Positions 11,801-25,100 of a stretch of DNA of 64,000 nt are shown here, piece after piece. Numbering within the stretch: position 1 is the first letter of the stretch; each line of letters opens with the position of its first letter. The position numbers were made by a program, and so were the translations under genes. Origin of the DNA: Auanema rhodensis (lineage: Eukaryota > Animalia > Nematoda); the NCBI GenBank assembly GCA_964057225.1, contig OZ059895.1, forward strand, positions 20,336,001-20,400,000. Direction: 5' to 3'. The notes under the pieces were generated by a model. That model was given only the letters and a program-made list of their open reading frames with translations, was not told where the DNA came from and made no database searches.

Positions 11801-13800
11801 TTATATCCTCGATTTTCACCCTGAAGAATTAATTTTTTCGTTGAATAACATTGTCCATCGTCTTTGCCTTAAAAAAAAAAATCTGAAAACATCTACTTTT
11901 TGCTAAATTATTTTGAAATTTTTCGAAAAAATTTTTGTCAAAATGTTTTTGGAAGCAATGTTGAGTGTACATGGAAACTCAACATACACTAATGCATCAT
12001 TTTTCAAACGATCATAACTAATTTTTGTATTAAGCGTTTCTCAATGTAGTATAGTGCATTCGATGCGGATTTTTAAGCTGCGTCGATCTGTGTTATCAGA
12101 TTTGCGCTAGCTTAAAAATGCACCGAGATATCAACTGATATAAGTTCACACTTATATCCTCGATTTTCACCCTGAAGAATTAATTTTTTCGTTGAATAAC
12201 AATGTCCATCGTCTTTGCCTTGAAAAAAGGAATCTAAAAACATCTACTTTTTGCTAAATTATTTTGAAATTTTTCGAAAAAATTTTTGTCAAAATGTTTT
12301 TGGAAGCAATGTTGAGTGTACATGGAAACTCAACATACACTAATGCATCATTTTTCAAACGATCATAACTAATTTTTGTATTGAGCGTTTCTCAATGTAG
12401 TATAGTGCATTCGATGCGGATTTTTAAGCTGCGTCGATCTGTGTTATCAGATTTGCGCTAGCTTAAAAATGCACCGAGATATCAACTGATATAAGTTCAC
12501 ACATATCCTCGATTTTCACCCTGAAGAATTAATTTTTTCGTTGAATAACATTGTCCATCGTCTTTGCCTTAAAAAAAGGAATCTAAAAACATCTACTTTT
12601 TGCTAAATTATTTTGAAATTTTTCGAAAAAATTTTTGTCAAAATGTTTTTGGAAGCAATGTTGAGTGTACATGGAAACTCAACATACACTAATGCATCAT
12701 TTTTCAAACGATCATAACTAATTTTTGTATTGAGCGTTTCTCATTGAAGTATAGTGCATTCGATGCGGATTTTTAAGCTGCGTCGATCTGTGTTATCAGA
12801 TTTGCGCTAGCTTAAAAATGCACCGAGATATCAACTGATATAAGTTCACACTTATATCCTCGATTTTCACCCTGAAGAATTAATTTTTTCGTTGAATAAC
12901 ATTGTCCATCGTCTTTGCCTTGAAAAAAGGAATCTAAAAACATCTACTTTTTGCTAAATTATTTTGAAATTTTTCGAAAAAATTTTTGTCAAAATGTTTT
13001 TGGAAGCAATGTTGAGTGTACATGGAAACTCAACATACACTAATGCATCATTTTTCAAACGATCATAACTAATTTTTGTATTGAGCGTTTCTCATTGTAG
13101 TATAGTGCATTCGATGCGGATTTTTGAGCTGCGTCGATCTGTGTTATCAGATTTGCGCTAGCTTAAAAATGCACCGAGATATCAACTGATATAAGTTCAC
13201 ACTTATATCCTCGATTTTCACCCTGAAGAATTAATTTTTTCGTTGAATAATATTGTCCATCGTCTTTGCCTTAAAAAAAAAATCTGAAAACATCTACTTT
13301 TTGCTAAATTATTTTGAAATTTTTCGAAAAAATTTTTGTCAAAATGTTTTTGGAAGCAATGTTGAGTGTACATGGAAACTCAACATACACTAATGCATCA
13401 TTTTTCAAACGATCATAACTAATTTTTGTATTGAGCGTTTCTCATTGTAGTATAGTGCATTCGATGCGGATTTTTGAGCTGCGTCGATCTGTGTAATCAG
13501 ATTTGCGCTAGCTTAAAAATGCACCGAGATATCAACTGATATAAGTTCACACTTATATCCTCGATTTTCACCCTGAAGAATTAATTTTTTCGTTGAATAA
13601 CATTGTCCATCGTCTTTGCCTTAAAAAAAAAATCTGAAAACATCTACTTTTTGCTAAATTATTTTGAAATTTTTCGAAAAAATTTTTGTCAAAATGTTTT
13701 TGGAAGCAATGTTGAGTGTACATGGAAACTCAACATACACTAATGCATCATTTTTCAAACGATCATAACTAATTTTTGTATTAAGCGTTTCTCAATGTAG
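8900..13800. repeat. 7-monomer (2453-bp) tandem duplication; boundaries approximate
   Basis: Rare markers repeat at +2453: ttacatcttcg (9000/11453), the 2-bp deletion cacacatatc (~10050/~12503), cattgaagt (~10294/~12747), aataatat (~10797/~13250) and gtgtaatcag (~11040/~13493). Confidence 0.92.
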
Positions 13801-14199
13801 TATAGTGCATTCGATGCGGATTTTTAAGCTGCGTCGATCTGTGTTATCAGATTTGCGCTAGCTTAAAAATGCACCGAGATATCAACTGATATAAGTTCAC
13901 ACTTATATCCTCGATTTTCACCCTGAAGAATTAATTTTTTCGTTGAATAACATTGTCCATCGTCTTTGCCTTGAAAAAAAAAATCTGAAAACATCTACTT
14001 TTTGCTAAATTATTTTGAAATTTTTCGAAAAAATTTTTGTCAAAATGTTTTTGGAAGCAATGTTGAGTGTACATGGAAACTCAACATACACTAATGCATC
14101 ATTTTTCAAACGATCATAACTAATTTTTGTATTAAGCGTTTCTCAATGTAGTATAGTGCATTCGATGCGGATTTTTAAGCTGCGTCGATCTGTGTTATC

Positions 14200-17100
14200 A
14201 GATTTGCGCTAGCTTAAAAATGCACCGAGATATCAACTGATATAAGTTCACACTTATATCCTCGATTTTCACCCTGAAGAATTAATTTTTTCGTTGAATA
14301 ACATTGTCCATCGTCTTTGCCTTGAAAAAAGGAATCTAAAAACATCTACTTTTTGCTAAATTATTTTGAAATTTTTCGAAAAAATTTTTGTCAAAATGTT
14401 TTTGGAAGCAATGTTGAGTGTACATGGAAACTCAACATACACTAATGCATCATTTTTCAAACGATCATAACTAATTTTTGTATTGAGCGTTTCTCATTGT
14501 AGTATAGTGCATTCGATGCGGATTTTTAAGCTGCGTCGATCTGTGTTATCAGATTTGCGCTAGCTTAAAAATGCACCGAGATATCAACTGATATAAGTTC
14601 ACACTTATATCCTCGATTTTCACCCTGAAGAATTAATTTTTTCGTTGAATAACATTGTCCATCGTCTTTGCCTTGAAAAAAAAAATCTGAAAACATCTAC
14701 TTTTTGCTAAATTATTTTGAAATTTTTCGAAAAAATTTTTGTCAAAATGTTTTTGGAAGCAATGTTGAGTGTACATGGAAACTCAACATACACTAATGCA
14801 TCATTTTTCAAACGATCATAACTAATTTTTGTATTAAGCGTTTCTCAATGTAGTATAGTGCATTCGATGCGGATTTTTAAGCTGCGTCGATCTGTGTTAT
14901 CAGATTTGCGCTAGCTTAAAAATGCACCGAGATATCAACTGATATAAGTTCACACTTATATCCTCGATTTTCACCCTGAAGAATTAATTTTTTCGTTGAA
15001 TAACATTGTCCATCGTCTTTGCCTTGAAAAAAAAAATCTGAAAACATCTACTTTTTGCTAAATTATTTTGAAATTTTTCGAAAAAATTTTTGTCAAAATG
15101 TTTTTGGAAGCAATGTTGAGTGTACATGGAAACTCAACATACACTAATGCATCATTTTTCAAACGATCATAACTAATTTTTGTATTGAGCGTTTCTCATT
15201 GTAGTATAGTGCATTCGATGCGGATTTTTGAGCTGCGTCGATCTGTGTTATCAGATTTGCGCTAGCTTAAAAATGCACCGAGATATCAACTGATATAAGT
15301 TCACACTTATATCCTCGATTTTCACCCTGAAGAATTAATTTTTTCGTTGAATAACAATGTCCATCGTCTTTGCCTTGAAAAAAGGAATCTAAAAACATCT
15401 ACTTTTTGCTAAATTATTTTGAAATTTTTCGAAAAAATTTTTGTCAAAATGTTTTTGGAAGCAATGTTGAGTGTACATGGAAACTCAACATACACTAATG
15501 CATCATTTTTCAAACGATCATAACTAATTTTTGTATTGAGCGTTTCTCATTGTAGTATAGTGCATTCGATGCGGATTTTTGAGCTGCGTCGATCTGTGTT
15601 ATCAGATTTGCGCTAGCTTAAAAATGCACCGAGATATCAACTGATATAAGTTCACACTTATATCCTCGATTTTCACCCTGAAGAATTAATTTTTTCGTTG
15701 AATAACAATGTCCATCGTCTTTGCCTTGAAAAAAGGAATCTAAAAACATCTACTTTTTGCTAAATTATTTTGAAATTTTTCGAAAAAATTTTTGTCAAAA
15801 TGTTTTTGGAAGCAATGTTGAGTGTACATGGAAACTCAACATACACTAACGCATCATTTTTCAAACGATCATAACTAATTTTTGTATTAAGCGTTTCTCA
15901 ATGTAGTATAGTGCATTCGATGCGGATTTTTAAGCTGCGTCGATCTGTGTTATCAGATTTGCGCTAGCTTAAAAATGCACCGAGATATCAACTGATATAT
16001 GTTCACACTTATATCCTCGATTTTCACCCTGAAGAAATTATTTTTTCGTTGAATAACATTGTCCATCGTCTTTGCCTTGAAAAAAAAAATCTGAAAACAT
16101 CTACTTTTTGCTAAATTATTTTGAAATTTTTCGAAAAAATTTTTGTCAAAATGTTTTTGGAAGCAATGTTGAGTGTACATGGAAACTCAACATACACTAA
16201 TGCATCATTTTTCAAACGATCATAACTAATTTTTGTATTGAGCGTTTCTCATTGTAGTATAGTGCATTCGATGCGGATTTTTGAGCTGCGTCGATCTGTG
16301 TTATCAGATTTGCGCTAGCTTAAAAATGCACCGAGATATCAACTGATATAAGTTCACACTTATATCCTCGATTTTCACCCTGAAGAATTAATTTTTTCGT
16401 TGAATAACATTGTCCATCGTCTTTGCCTTGAAAAAAGGAATCTAAAAACATCTACTTTTTGCTAAATTATTTTGAAATTTTTCGAAAAAATTTTTGTCAA
16501 AATGTTTTTGGAAGCAATGTTGAGTGTACATGGAAACTCAACATACACTAATGCATCATTTTTCAAACGATCATAACTAATTTTTGTATTGAGCGTTTCT
16601 CATTGTAGTATAGTGCATTCGATGCGGATTTTTAAGCTGCGTCGATCTGTGTTATCAGATTTGCGCTAGCTTAAAAATGCACCGAGATATCAACTGATAT
16701 AAGTTCACACTTATATCCTCGATTTTCACCCTGAAGAATTAATTTTTTCGTTGAATAACATTGTCCATCGTCTTTGCCTTGAAAAAAAAAATCTGAAAAC
16801 ATCTACTTTTTGCTAAATTATTTTGAAATTTTTCGAAAAAATTTTTGTCAAAATGTTTTTGGAAGCAATGTTGAGTGTACATGGAAACTCAACATACACT
16901 AATGCATCATTTTTCAAACGATCATAACTAATTTTTGTATTAAGCGTTTCTCAATGTAGTATAGTGCATTCGATGCGGATTTTTAAGCTGCGTCGATCTG
17001 TGTTATCAGATTTGCGCTAGCTTAAAAATGCACCGAGATATCAACTGATATAAGTTCACACTTATATCCTCGATTTTCACCCTGAAGAATTAATTTTTTC

Positions 17101-19200
17101 GTTGAATAACATTGTCCATCGTCTTTGCCTTGAAAAAAAAAATCTGAAAACATCTACTTTTTGCTAAATTATTTTGAAATTTTTCGAAAAAATTTTTGTC
17201 AAAATGTTTTTGGAAGCAATGTTGAGTGTACATGGAAACTCAACATACACTAATGCATCATTTTTCAAACGATCATAACTAATTTTTGTATTGAGCGTTT
17301 CTCATTGTAGTATAGTGCATTCGATGCGGATTTTTGAGCTGCGTCGATCTGTGTTATCAGATTTGCGCTAGCTTAAAAATGCACCGAGATATCAACTGAT
17401 ATAAGTTCACACTTATATCCTCGATTTTCACCCTGAAGAATTAATTTTTTCGTTGAATAACAATGTCCATCGTCTTTGCCTTGAAAAAAGGAATCTAAAA
17501 ACATCTACTTTTTGCTAAATTATTTTGAAATTTTTCGAAAAAATTTTTGTCAAAATGTTTTTGGAAGCAATGTTGAGTGTACATGGAAACTCAACATACA
17601 CTAATGCATCATTTTTCAAACGATCATAACTAATTTTTGTATTGAGCGTTTCTCATTGTAGTATAGTGCATTCGATGCGGATTTTTGAGCTGCGTCGATC
17701 TGTGTTATCAGATTTGCGCTAGCTTAAAAATGCACCGAGATATCAACTGATATAAGTTCACACTTATATCCTCGATTTTCACCCTGAAGAATTAATTTTT
17801 TCGTTGAATAACAATGTCCATCGTCTTTGCCTTGAAAAAAGGAATCTAAAAACATCTACTTTTTGCTAAATTATTTTGAAATTTTTCGAAAAAATTTTTG
17901 TCAAAATGTTTTTGGAAGCAATGTTGAGTGTACATGGAAACTCAACATACACTAACGCATCATTTTTCAAACGATCATAACTAATTTTTGTATTAAGCGT
18001 TTCTCAATGTAGTATAGTGCATTCGATGCGGATTTTTAAGCTGCGTCGATCTGTGTTATCAGATTTGCGCTAGCTTAAAAATGCACCGAGATATCAACTG
18101 ATATATGTTCACACTTATATCCTCGATTTTCACCCTGAAGAAATTATTTTTTCGTTGAATAACATTGTCCATCGTCTTTGCCTTGAAAAAAAAAATCTGA
18201 AAACATCTACTTTTTGCTAAATTATTTTGAAATTTTTCGAAAAAATTTTTGTCAAAATGTTTTTGGAAGCAATGTTGAGTGTACATGGAAACTCAACATA
18301 CACTAATGCATCATTTTTCAAACGATCATAACTAATTTTTGTATTGAGCGTTTCTCATTGTAGTATAGTGCATTCGATGCGGATTTTTGAGCTGCGTCGA
18401 TCTGTGTTATCAGATTTGCGCTAGCTTAAAAATGCACCGAGATATCAACTGATATAAGTTCACACTTATATCCTCGATTTTCACCCTGAAGAATTAATTT
18501 TTTCGTTGAATAACATTGTCCATCGTCTTTGCCTTGAAAAAAGGAATCTAAAAACATCTACTTTTTGCTAAATTATTTTGAAATTTTTCGAAAAAATTTT
18601 TGTCAAAATGTTTTTGGAAGCAATGTTGAGTGTACATGGAAACTCAACATACACTAACGCATCATTTTTCAAACGATCATAACTAATTTTTGTATTAAGC
18701 GTTTCTCAATGTAGTATAGTGCATTCGATGCGGATTTTTAAGCTGCGTCGATCTGTGTTATCAGATTTGCGCTAGCTTAAAAATGCACCGAGATATCAAC
18801 TGATATATGTTCACACTTATATCCTCGATTTTCACCCTGAAGAAATTATTTTTTCGTTGAATAACATTGTCCATCGTCTTTGCCTTGAAAAAAAAAATCT
18901 GAAAACATCTACTTTTTGCTAAATTATTTTGAAATTTTTCGAAAAAATTTTTGTCAAAATGTTTTTGGAAGCAATGTTGAGTGTACATGGAAACTCAACA
19001 TACACTAATGCATCATTTTTCAAACGATCATAACTAATTTTTGTATTGAGCGTTTCTCATTGTAGTATAGTGCATTCGATGCGGATTTTTGAGCTGCGTC
19101 GATCTGTGTTATCAGATTTGCGCTAGCTTAAAAATGCACCGAGATATCAACTGATATAAGTTCACACTTATATCCTCGATTTTCACCCTGAAGAATTAAT
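14200..19200. repeat. 6-monomer (2106-bp) tandem duplication followed by a 2-monomer (702-bp) duplication; boundaries approximate
   Basis: The same ordered variant series occurs at about 14.4-16.5 and 16.5-18.6 kb. The marker monomer (taacgc, tatatg, gaaatt, polyA-tctg) gives ORFs at 15953, 18059 and 18761. Confidence 0.85.
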
Positions 19201-19995
19201 TTTTTCGTTGAATAACATTGTCCATCGTCTTTGCCTTGAAAAAAAAAATCTGAAAACATCTACTTTTTGCTAAATTATTTTGAAATTTTTCGAAAAAATT
19301 TTTGTCAAAATGTTTTTGGAAGCAATGTTGAGTGTACATGGAAACTCAACATACACTAATGCATCATTTTTCAAACGATCATAACTAATTTTTGTATTAA
19401 GCGTTTCTCAATGTAGTATAGTGCATTCGATGCGGATTTTTAAGCTGCGTCGATCTGTGTTATCAGATTTGCGCTAGCTTAAAAATGCACCGAGATATCA
19501 ACTGATATAAGTTCACACTTATATCCTCGATTTTCACCCTGAAGAATTAATTTTTTCGTTGAATAACAATGTCCATCGTCTTTGCCTTGAAAAAAGGAAT
19601 CTAAAAACATCTACTTTTTGCTAAATTATTTTGAAATTTTTCGAAAAAATTTTTGTCAAAATGTTTTTGGAAGCAATGTTGAGTGTACATGGAAACTCAA
19701 CATACACTAACGCATCATTTTTCAAACGATCATAACTAATTTTTGTATTAAGCGTTTCTAAATGTAGTATAGTGCATTCGATGCGGATTTTTAAGCTGCG
19801 TCGATCTGTGTTATCAGATTTGCGCTAGCTTAAAAATGCACCGAGATATCAACTGATATAAGTTCACACTTATATCCTCGATTTTCACCCTGAAGAATTA
19901 ATTTTTTCGTTGAATAACATTGTCCATCGTCTTTGCCTTGAAAAAAGGAATCTAAAAACATCTACTTTTTGCTAAATTATTTTGAAATTTTTCGA

Positions 19996-22150
19996 AAAAA
20001 TTTTTGTCAAAATGTTTTTGGAAGCAATGTTGAGTGTACATGGAAACTCAACATACACTAATGCATCATTTTTCAAACGATCATAACTAATTTTTGTATT
20101 AAGCGTTTCTCAATGTAGTATAGTGCATTCGATGCGGATTTTTAAGCTGCGTCGATCTGTGTTATCAGATTTGCGCTAGCTTAAAAATGCACCGAGATAT
20201 CAACTGATATAAGTTCACACTTATATCCTCGATTTTCACCCTGAAGAATTAATTTTTTCGTTGAATAACATTGTCCATCGTCTTTGCCTTGAAAAAAGGA
20301 ATCTAAAAACATCTACTTTTTGCTAAATTATTTTGAAATTTTTCGAAAAAATTTTTGTCAAAATGTTTTTGGAAGCAATGTTGAGTGTACATGGAAACTC
20401 AACATACACTAATGCATCATTTTTCAAACGATCATAACTAATTTTTGTATTGAGCGTTTCTCATTGTAGTATAGTGCATTCGATGCGGATTTTTGAGCTG
20501 CGTCGATCTGTGTTATCAGATTTGCGCTAGCTTAAAAATGCACCGAGATATCAACTGATATAAGTTCACACTTATATCCTCGATTTTCACCCTGAAGAAT
20601 TAATTTTTTCGTTGAATAACAATGTCCATCGTCTTTGCCTTGAAAAAAGGAATCTAAAAACATCTACTTTTTGCTAAATTATTTTGAAATTTTTCGAAAA
20701 AATTTTTGTCAAAATGTTTTTGGAAGCAATGTTGAGTGTACATGGAAACTCAACATACACTAACGCATCATTTTTCAAACGATCATAACTAATTTTTGTA
20801 TTAAGCGTTTCTCAATGTAGTATAGTGCATTCGATGCGGATTTTTAAGCTGCGTCGATCTGTGTTATCAGATTTGCGCTAGCTTAAAAATGCACCGAGAT
20901 ATCAACTGATATAAGTTCACACTTACATCTTCGATTTTCACCCTGAAAAATTAATTTTTTCGTTGAATAACATTGTCCATCGTCTTTGCCTTGAAAAAAG
21001 GAATCTAAAAACATCTACTTTTTGCTAAATTATTTTGAAATTTTTCGAAAAAATTTTTGTCAAAATGTTTTTGGAAGCAATGTTGAGTGTACATGGAAAC
21101 TCAACATACACTAATGCATCATTTTTCAAACGATCATAACTAATTTTTGTATTAAGCGTTTCTCAATGTAGTATAGTGCATTCGATGCGGATTTTTAAGC
21201 TGCGTCGATCTGTGTTATCAGATTTGCGCTAGCTTAAAAATGCACCGAGATATCAACTGATATAAGTTCACACTTATATCCTCGATTTTCACCCTGAAGA
21301 ATTAATTTTTTCGTTGAATAACATTGTCCATCGTCTTTGCCTTGAAAAAAGGAATCTAAAAACATCTACTTTTTGCTAAATTATTTTGAAATTTTTCGAA
21401 AAAATTTTTGTCAAAATGTTTTTGGAAGCAATGTTGAGTGTACATGGAAACTCAACATACACTAATGCATCATTTTTCAAACGATCATAACTAATTTTTG
21501 TATTGAGCGTTTCTCATTGTAGTATAGTGCATTCGATGCGGATTTTTGAGCTGCGTCGATCTGTGTTATCAGATTTGCGCTAGCTTAAAAATGCACCGAG
21601 ATATCAACTGATATAAGTTCACACTTATATCCTCGATTTTCACCCTGAAGAATTAATTTTTTCGTTGAATAACAATGTCCATCGTCTTTGCCTTGAAAAA
21701 AGGAATCTAAAAACATCTACTTTTTGCTAAATTATTTTGAAATTTTTCGAAAAAATTTTTGTCAAAATGTTTTTGGAAGCAATGTTGAGTGTACATGGAA
21801 ACTCAACATACACTAACGCATCATTTTTCAAACGATCATAACTAATTTTTGTATTAAGCGTTTCTCAATGTAGTATAGTGCATTCGATGCGGATTTTTAA
21901 GCTGCGTCGATCTGTGTTATCAGATTTGCGCTAGCTTAAAAATGCACCGAGATATCAACTGATATAAGTTCACACTTACATCTTCGATTTTCACCCTGAA
22001 AAATTAATTTTTTCGTTGAATAACATTGTCCATCGTCTTTGCCTTGAAAAAAGGAATCTAAAAACATCTACTTTTTGCTAAATTATTTTGAAATTTTTCG
22101 AAAAAATTTTTGTCAAAATGTTTTTGGAAGCAATGTTGAGTGTACATGGA
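19996..22150. repeat. 3-monomer (1053-bp) tandem duplication; boundaries approximate
   Basis: The haplotype ttacatcttcg...ctgaaaaa occurs at ~20926 and ~21979, and the two preceding monomers also match. Confidence 0.85.
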
Positions 22151-25100
22151 AACTCAACATACACTAATGCATCATTTTTCAAACGATCATAACTAATTTT
22201 TGTATTAAGCGTTTCTCATTGTAGTATAGTGCATTCGATGCGGATTTTTGAGCTGCGTCGATCTGTGTTATCAGATTTGCGCTAGCTTAAAAATGCACCG
22301 AGATATCAACTGATATAAGTTCACACTTATATCCTCGATTTTCACCCTGAAGAATTAATTTTTTCGTTGAATAACAATGTCCATCGTCTTTGCCTTGAAA
22401 AAAGGAATCTAAAAACATCTACTTTTTGCTAAATTATTTTGAAATTTTTCGAAAAAATTTTTGTCAAAATGTTTTTGGAAGCAATGTTGAGTGTACATGG
22501 AAACTCAACATACACTAACGCATCATTTTTCAAACGATCATAACTAATTTTTGTATTAAGCGTTTCTCAATGTAGTATAGTGCATTCGATGCGGATTTTT
22601 AAGCTGCGTCGATCTGTGTTATCAGATTTGCGCTAGCTTAAAAATGCACCGAGATATCAACTGATATATGTTCACACTTATATCCTCGATTTTCACCCTG
22701 AAGAAATTATTTTTTCGTTGAATAACATTGTCCATCGTCTTTGCCTTGAAAAAAAAAATCTGAAAACATCTACTTTTTGCTAAATTATTTTGAAATTTTT
22801 CGAAAAAATTTTTGTCAAAATGTTTTTGGAAGCAATGTTGAGTGTACATGGAAACTCAACATACACTAATGCATCATTTTTCAAACGATCATAACTAATT
22901 TTTGTATTGAGCGTTTCTCATTGTAGTATAGTGCATTCGATGCGGATTTTTGAGCTGCGTCGATCTGTGTTATCAGATTTGCGCTAGCTTAAAAATGCAC
23001 CGAGATATCAACTGATATAAGTTCACACTTATATCCTCGATTTTCACCCTGAAGAATTAATTTTTTCGTTGAATAACATTGTCCATCGTCTTTGCCTTGA
23101 AAAAAAAAATCTGAAAACATCTACTTTTTGCTAAATTATTTTGAAATTTTTCGAAAAAATTTTTGTCAAAATGTTTTTGGAAGCAATGTTGAGTGTACAT
23201 GGAAACTCAACATACACTAATGCATCATTTTTCAAACGATCATAACTAATTTTTGTATTAAGCGTTTCTCAATGTAGTATAGTGCATTCGATGCGGATTT
23301 TTAAGCTGCGTCGATCTGTGTTATCAGATTTGCGCTAGCTTAAAAATGCACCGAGATATCAACTGATATAAGTTCACACTTATATCCTCGATTTTCACCC
23401 TGAAGAATTAATTTTTTCGTTGAATAACAATGTCCATCGTCTTTGCCTTGAAAAAAGGAATCTAAAAACATCTACTTTTTGCTAAATTATTTTGAAATTT
23501 TTCGAAAAAATTTTTGTCAAAATGTTTTTGGAAGCAATGTTGAGTGTACATGGAAACTCAACATACACTAACGCATCATTTTTCAAACGATCATAACTAA
23601 TTTTTGTATTAAGCGTTTCTCAATGTAGTATAGTGCATTCGATGCGGATTTTTAAGCTGCGTCGATCTGTGTTATCAGATTTGCGCTAGCTTAAAAATGC
23701 ACCGAGATATCAACTGATATAAGTTCACACTTATATCCTCGATTTTCACCCTGAAGAATTAATTTTTTCGTTGAATAACATTGTCCATCGTCTTTGCCTT
23801 GAAAAAAGGAATCTAAAAACATCTACTTTTTGCTAAATTATTTTGAAATTTTTCGAAAAAATTTTTGTCAAAATGTTTTTGGAAGCAATGTTGAGTGTAC
23901 ATGGAAACTCAACATACACTAATGCATCATTTTTCAAACGATCATAACTAATTTTTGTATTGAGCGTTTCTCATTGTAGTATAGTGCATTCGATGCGGAT
24001 TTTTGAGCTGCGTCGATCTGTGTTATCAGATTTGCGCTAGCTTAAAAATGCACCGAGATATCAACTGATATAAGTTCACACTTATATCCTCGATTTTCAC
24101 CCTGAAGAATTAATTTTTTCGTTGAATAACAATGTCCATCGTCTTTGCCTTGAAAAAAGGAATCTAAAAACATCTACTTTTTGCTAAATTATTCTGAAAT
24201 TTTTCGAAAAAATTTTTGTCAAAATGTTTTTGGAAGCAATGTTGAGTGTACATGGAAACTCAACATACACTAACGCATCATTTTTCAAACGATCATAACT
24301 AATTTTTGTATTAAGCGTTTCTCAATGTAGTATAGTGCATTCGATGCGGATTTTTAAGCTGCGTCGATCTGTGTTATCAGATTTGCGCTAGCTTAAAAAT
24401 GCACCGAGATATCAACTGATATAATTTCACACTTACATCTTCGATTTTCACCCTGAAGAATTAATTTTTTCGTTGAATAACATTGTCCATCGTCTTTGCC
24501 TTGAAAAAAGGAATCTAAAAACATCTACTTTTTGCTAAATTATTTTGAAATTTTTCGAAAAAATTTTTGTCAAAATGTTTTTGGAAGCAATGTTGAGTGT
24601 ACATGGAAACTCAACATACACTAATGCATCATTTTTCAAACGATCATAACTAATTTTTGTATTAAGCGTTTCTCAATGTAGTATAGTGCATTCGATGCGG
24701 ATTTTTAAGCTGCGTCGATCTGTGTTATCAGATTTGCGCTAGCTTAAAAATGCACCGAGATATCAACTGATATAAGTTCACACTTATATCCTCGATTTTC
24801 ACCCTGAAAAATTAATTTTTTCGTTGAATAACATTGTCCATCGTCTTTGCCTTGAAAAAAGGAATCTAAAAACATCTACTTTTTGCTAAATTATTTTGAA
24901 ATTTTTCGAAAAAATTTTTGTCAAAATGTTTTTGGAAGCAATGTTGAGTGTACATGGAAACTCAACATACACTAATGCATCATTTTTCAAACGATCATAA
25001 CTAATTTTTGTATTAAGCGTTTCTCAATGTAGTATAGTGCATTCGATGCGGATTTTTAAGCTGCGTCGATCTGTGTTATCAGATTTGCGCTAGCTTAAAA

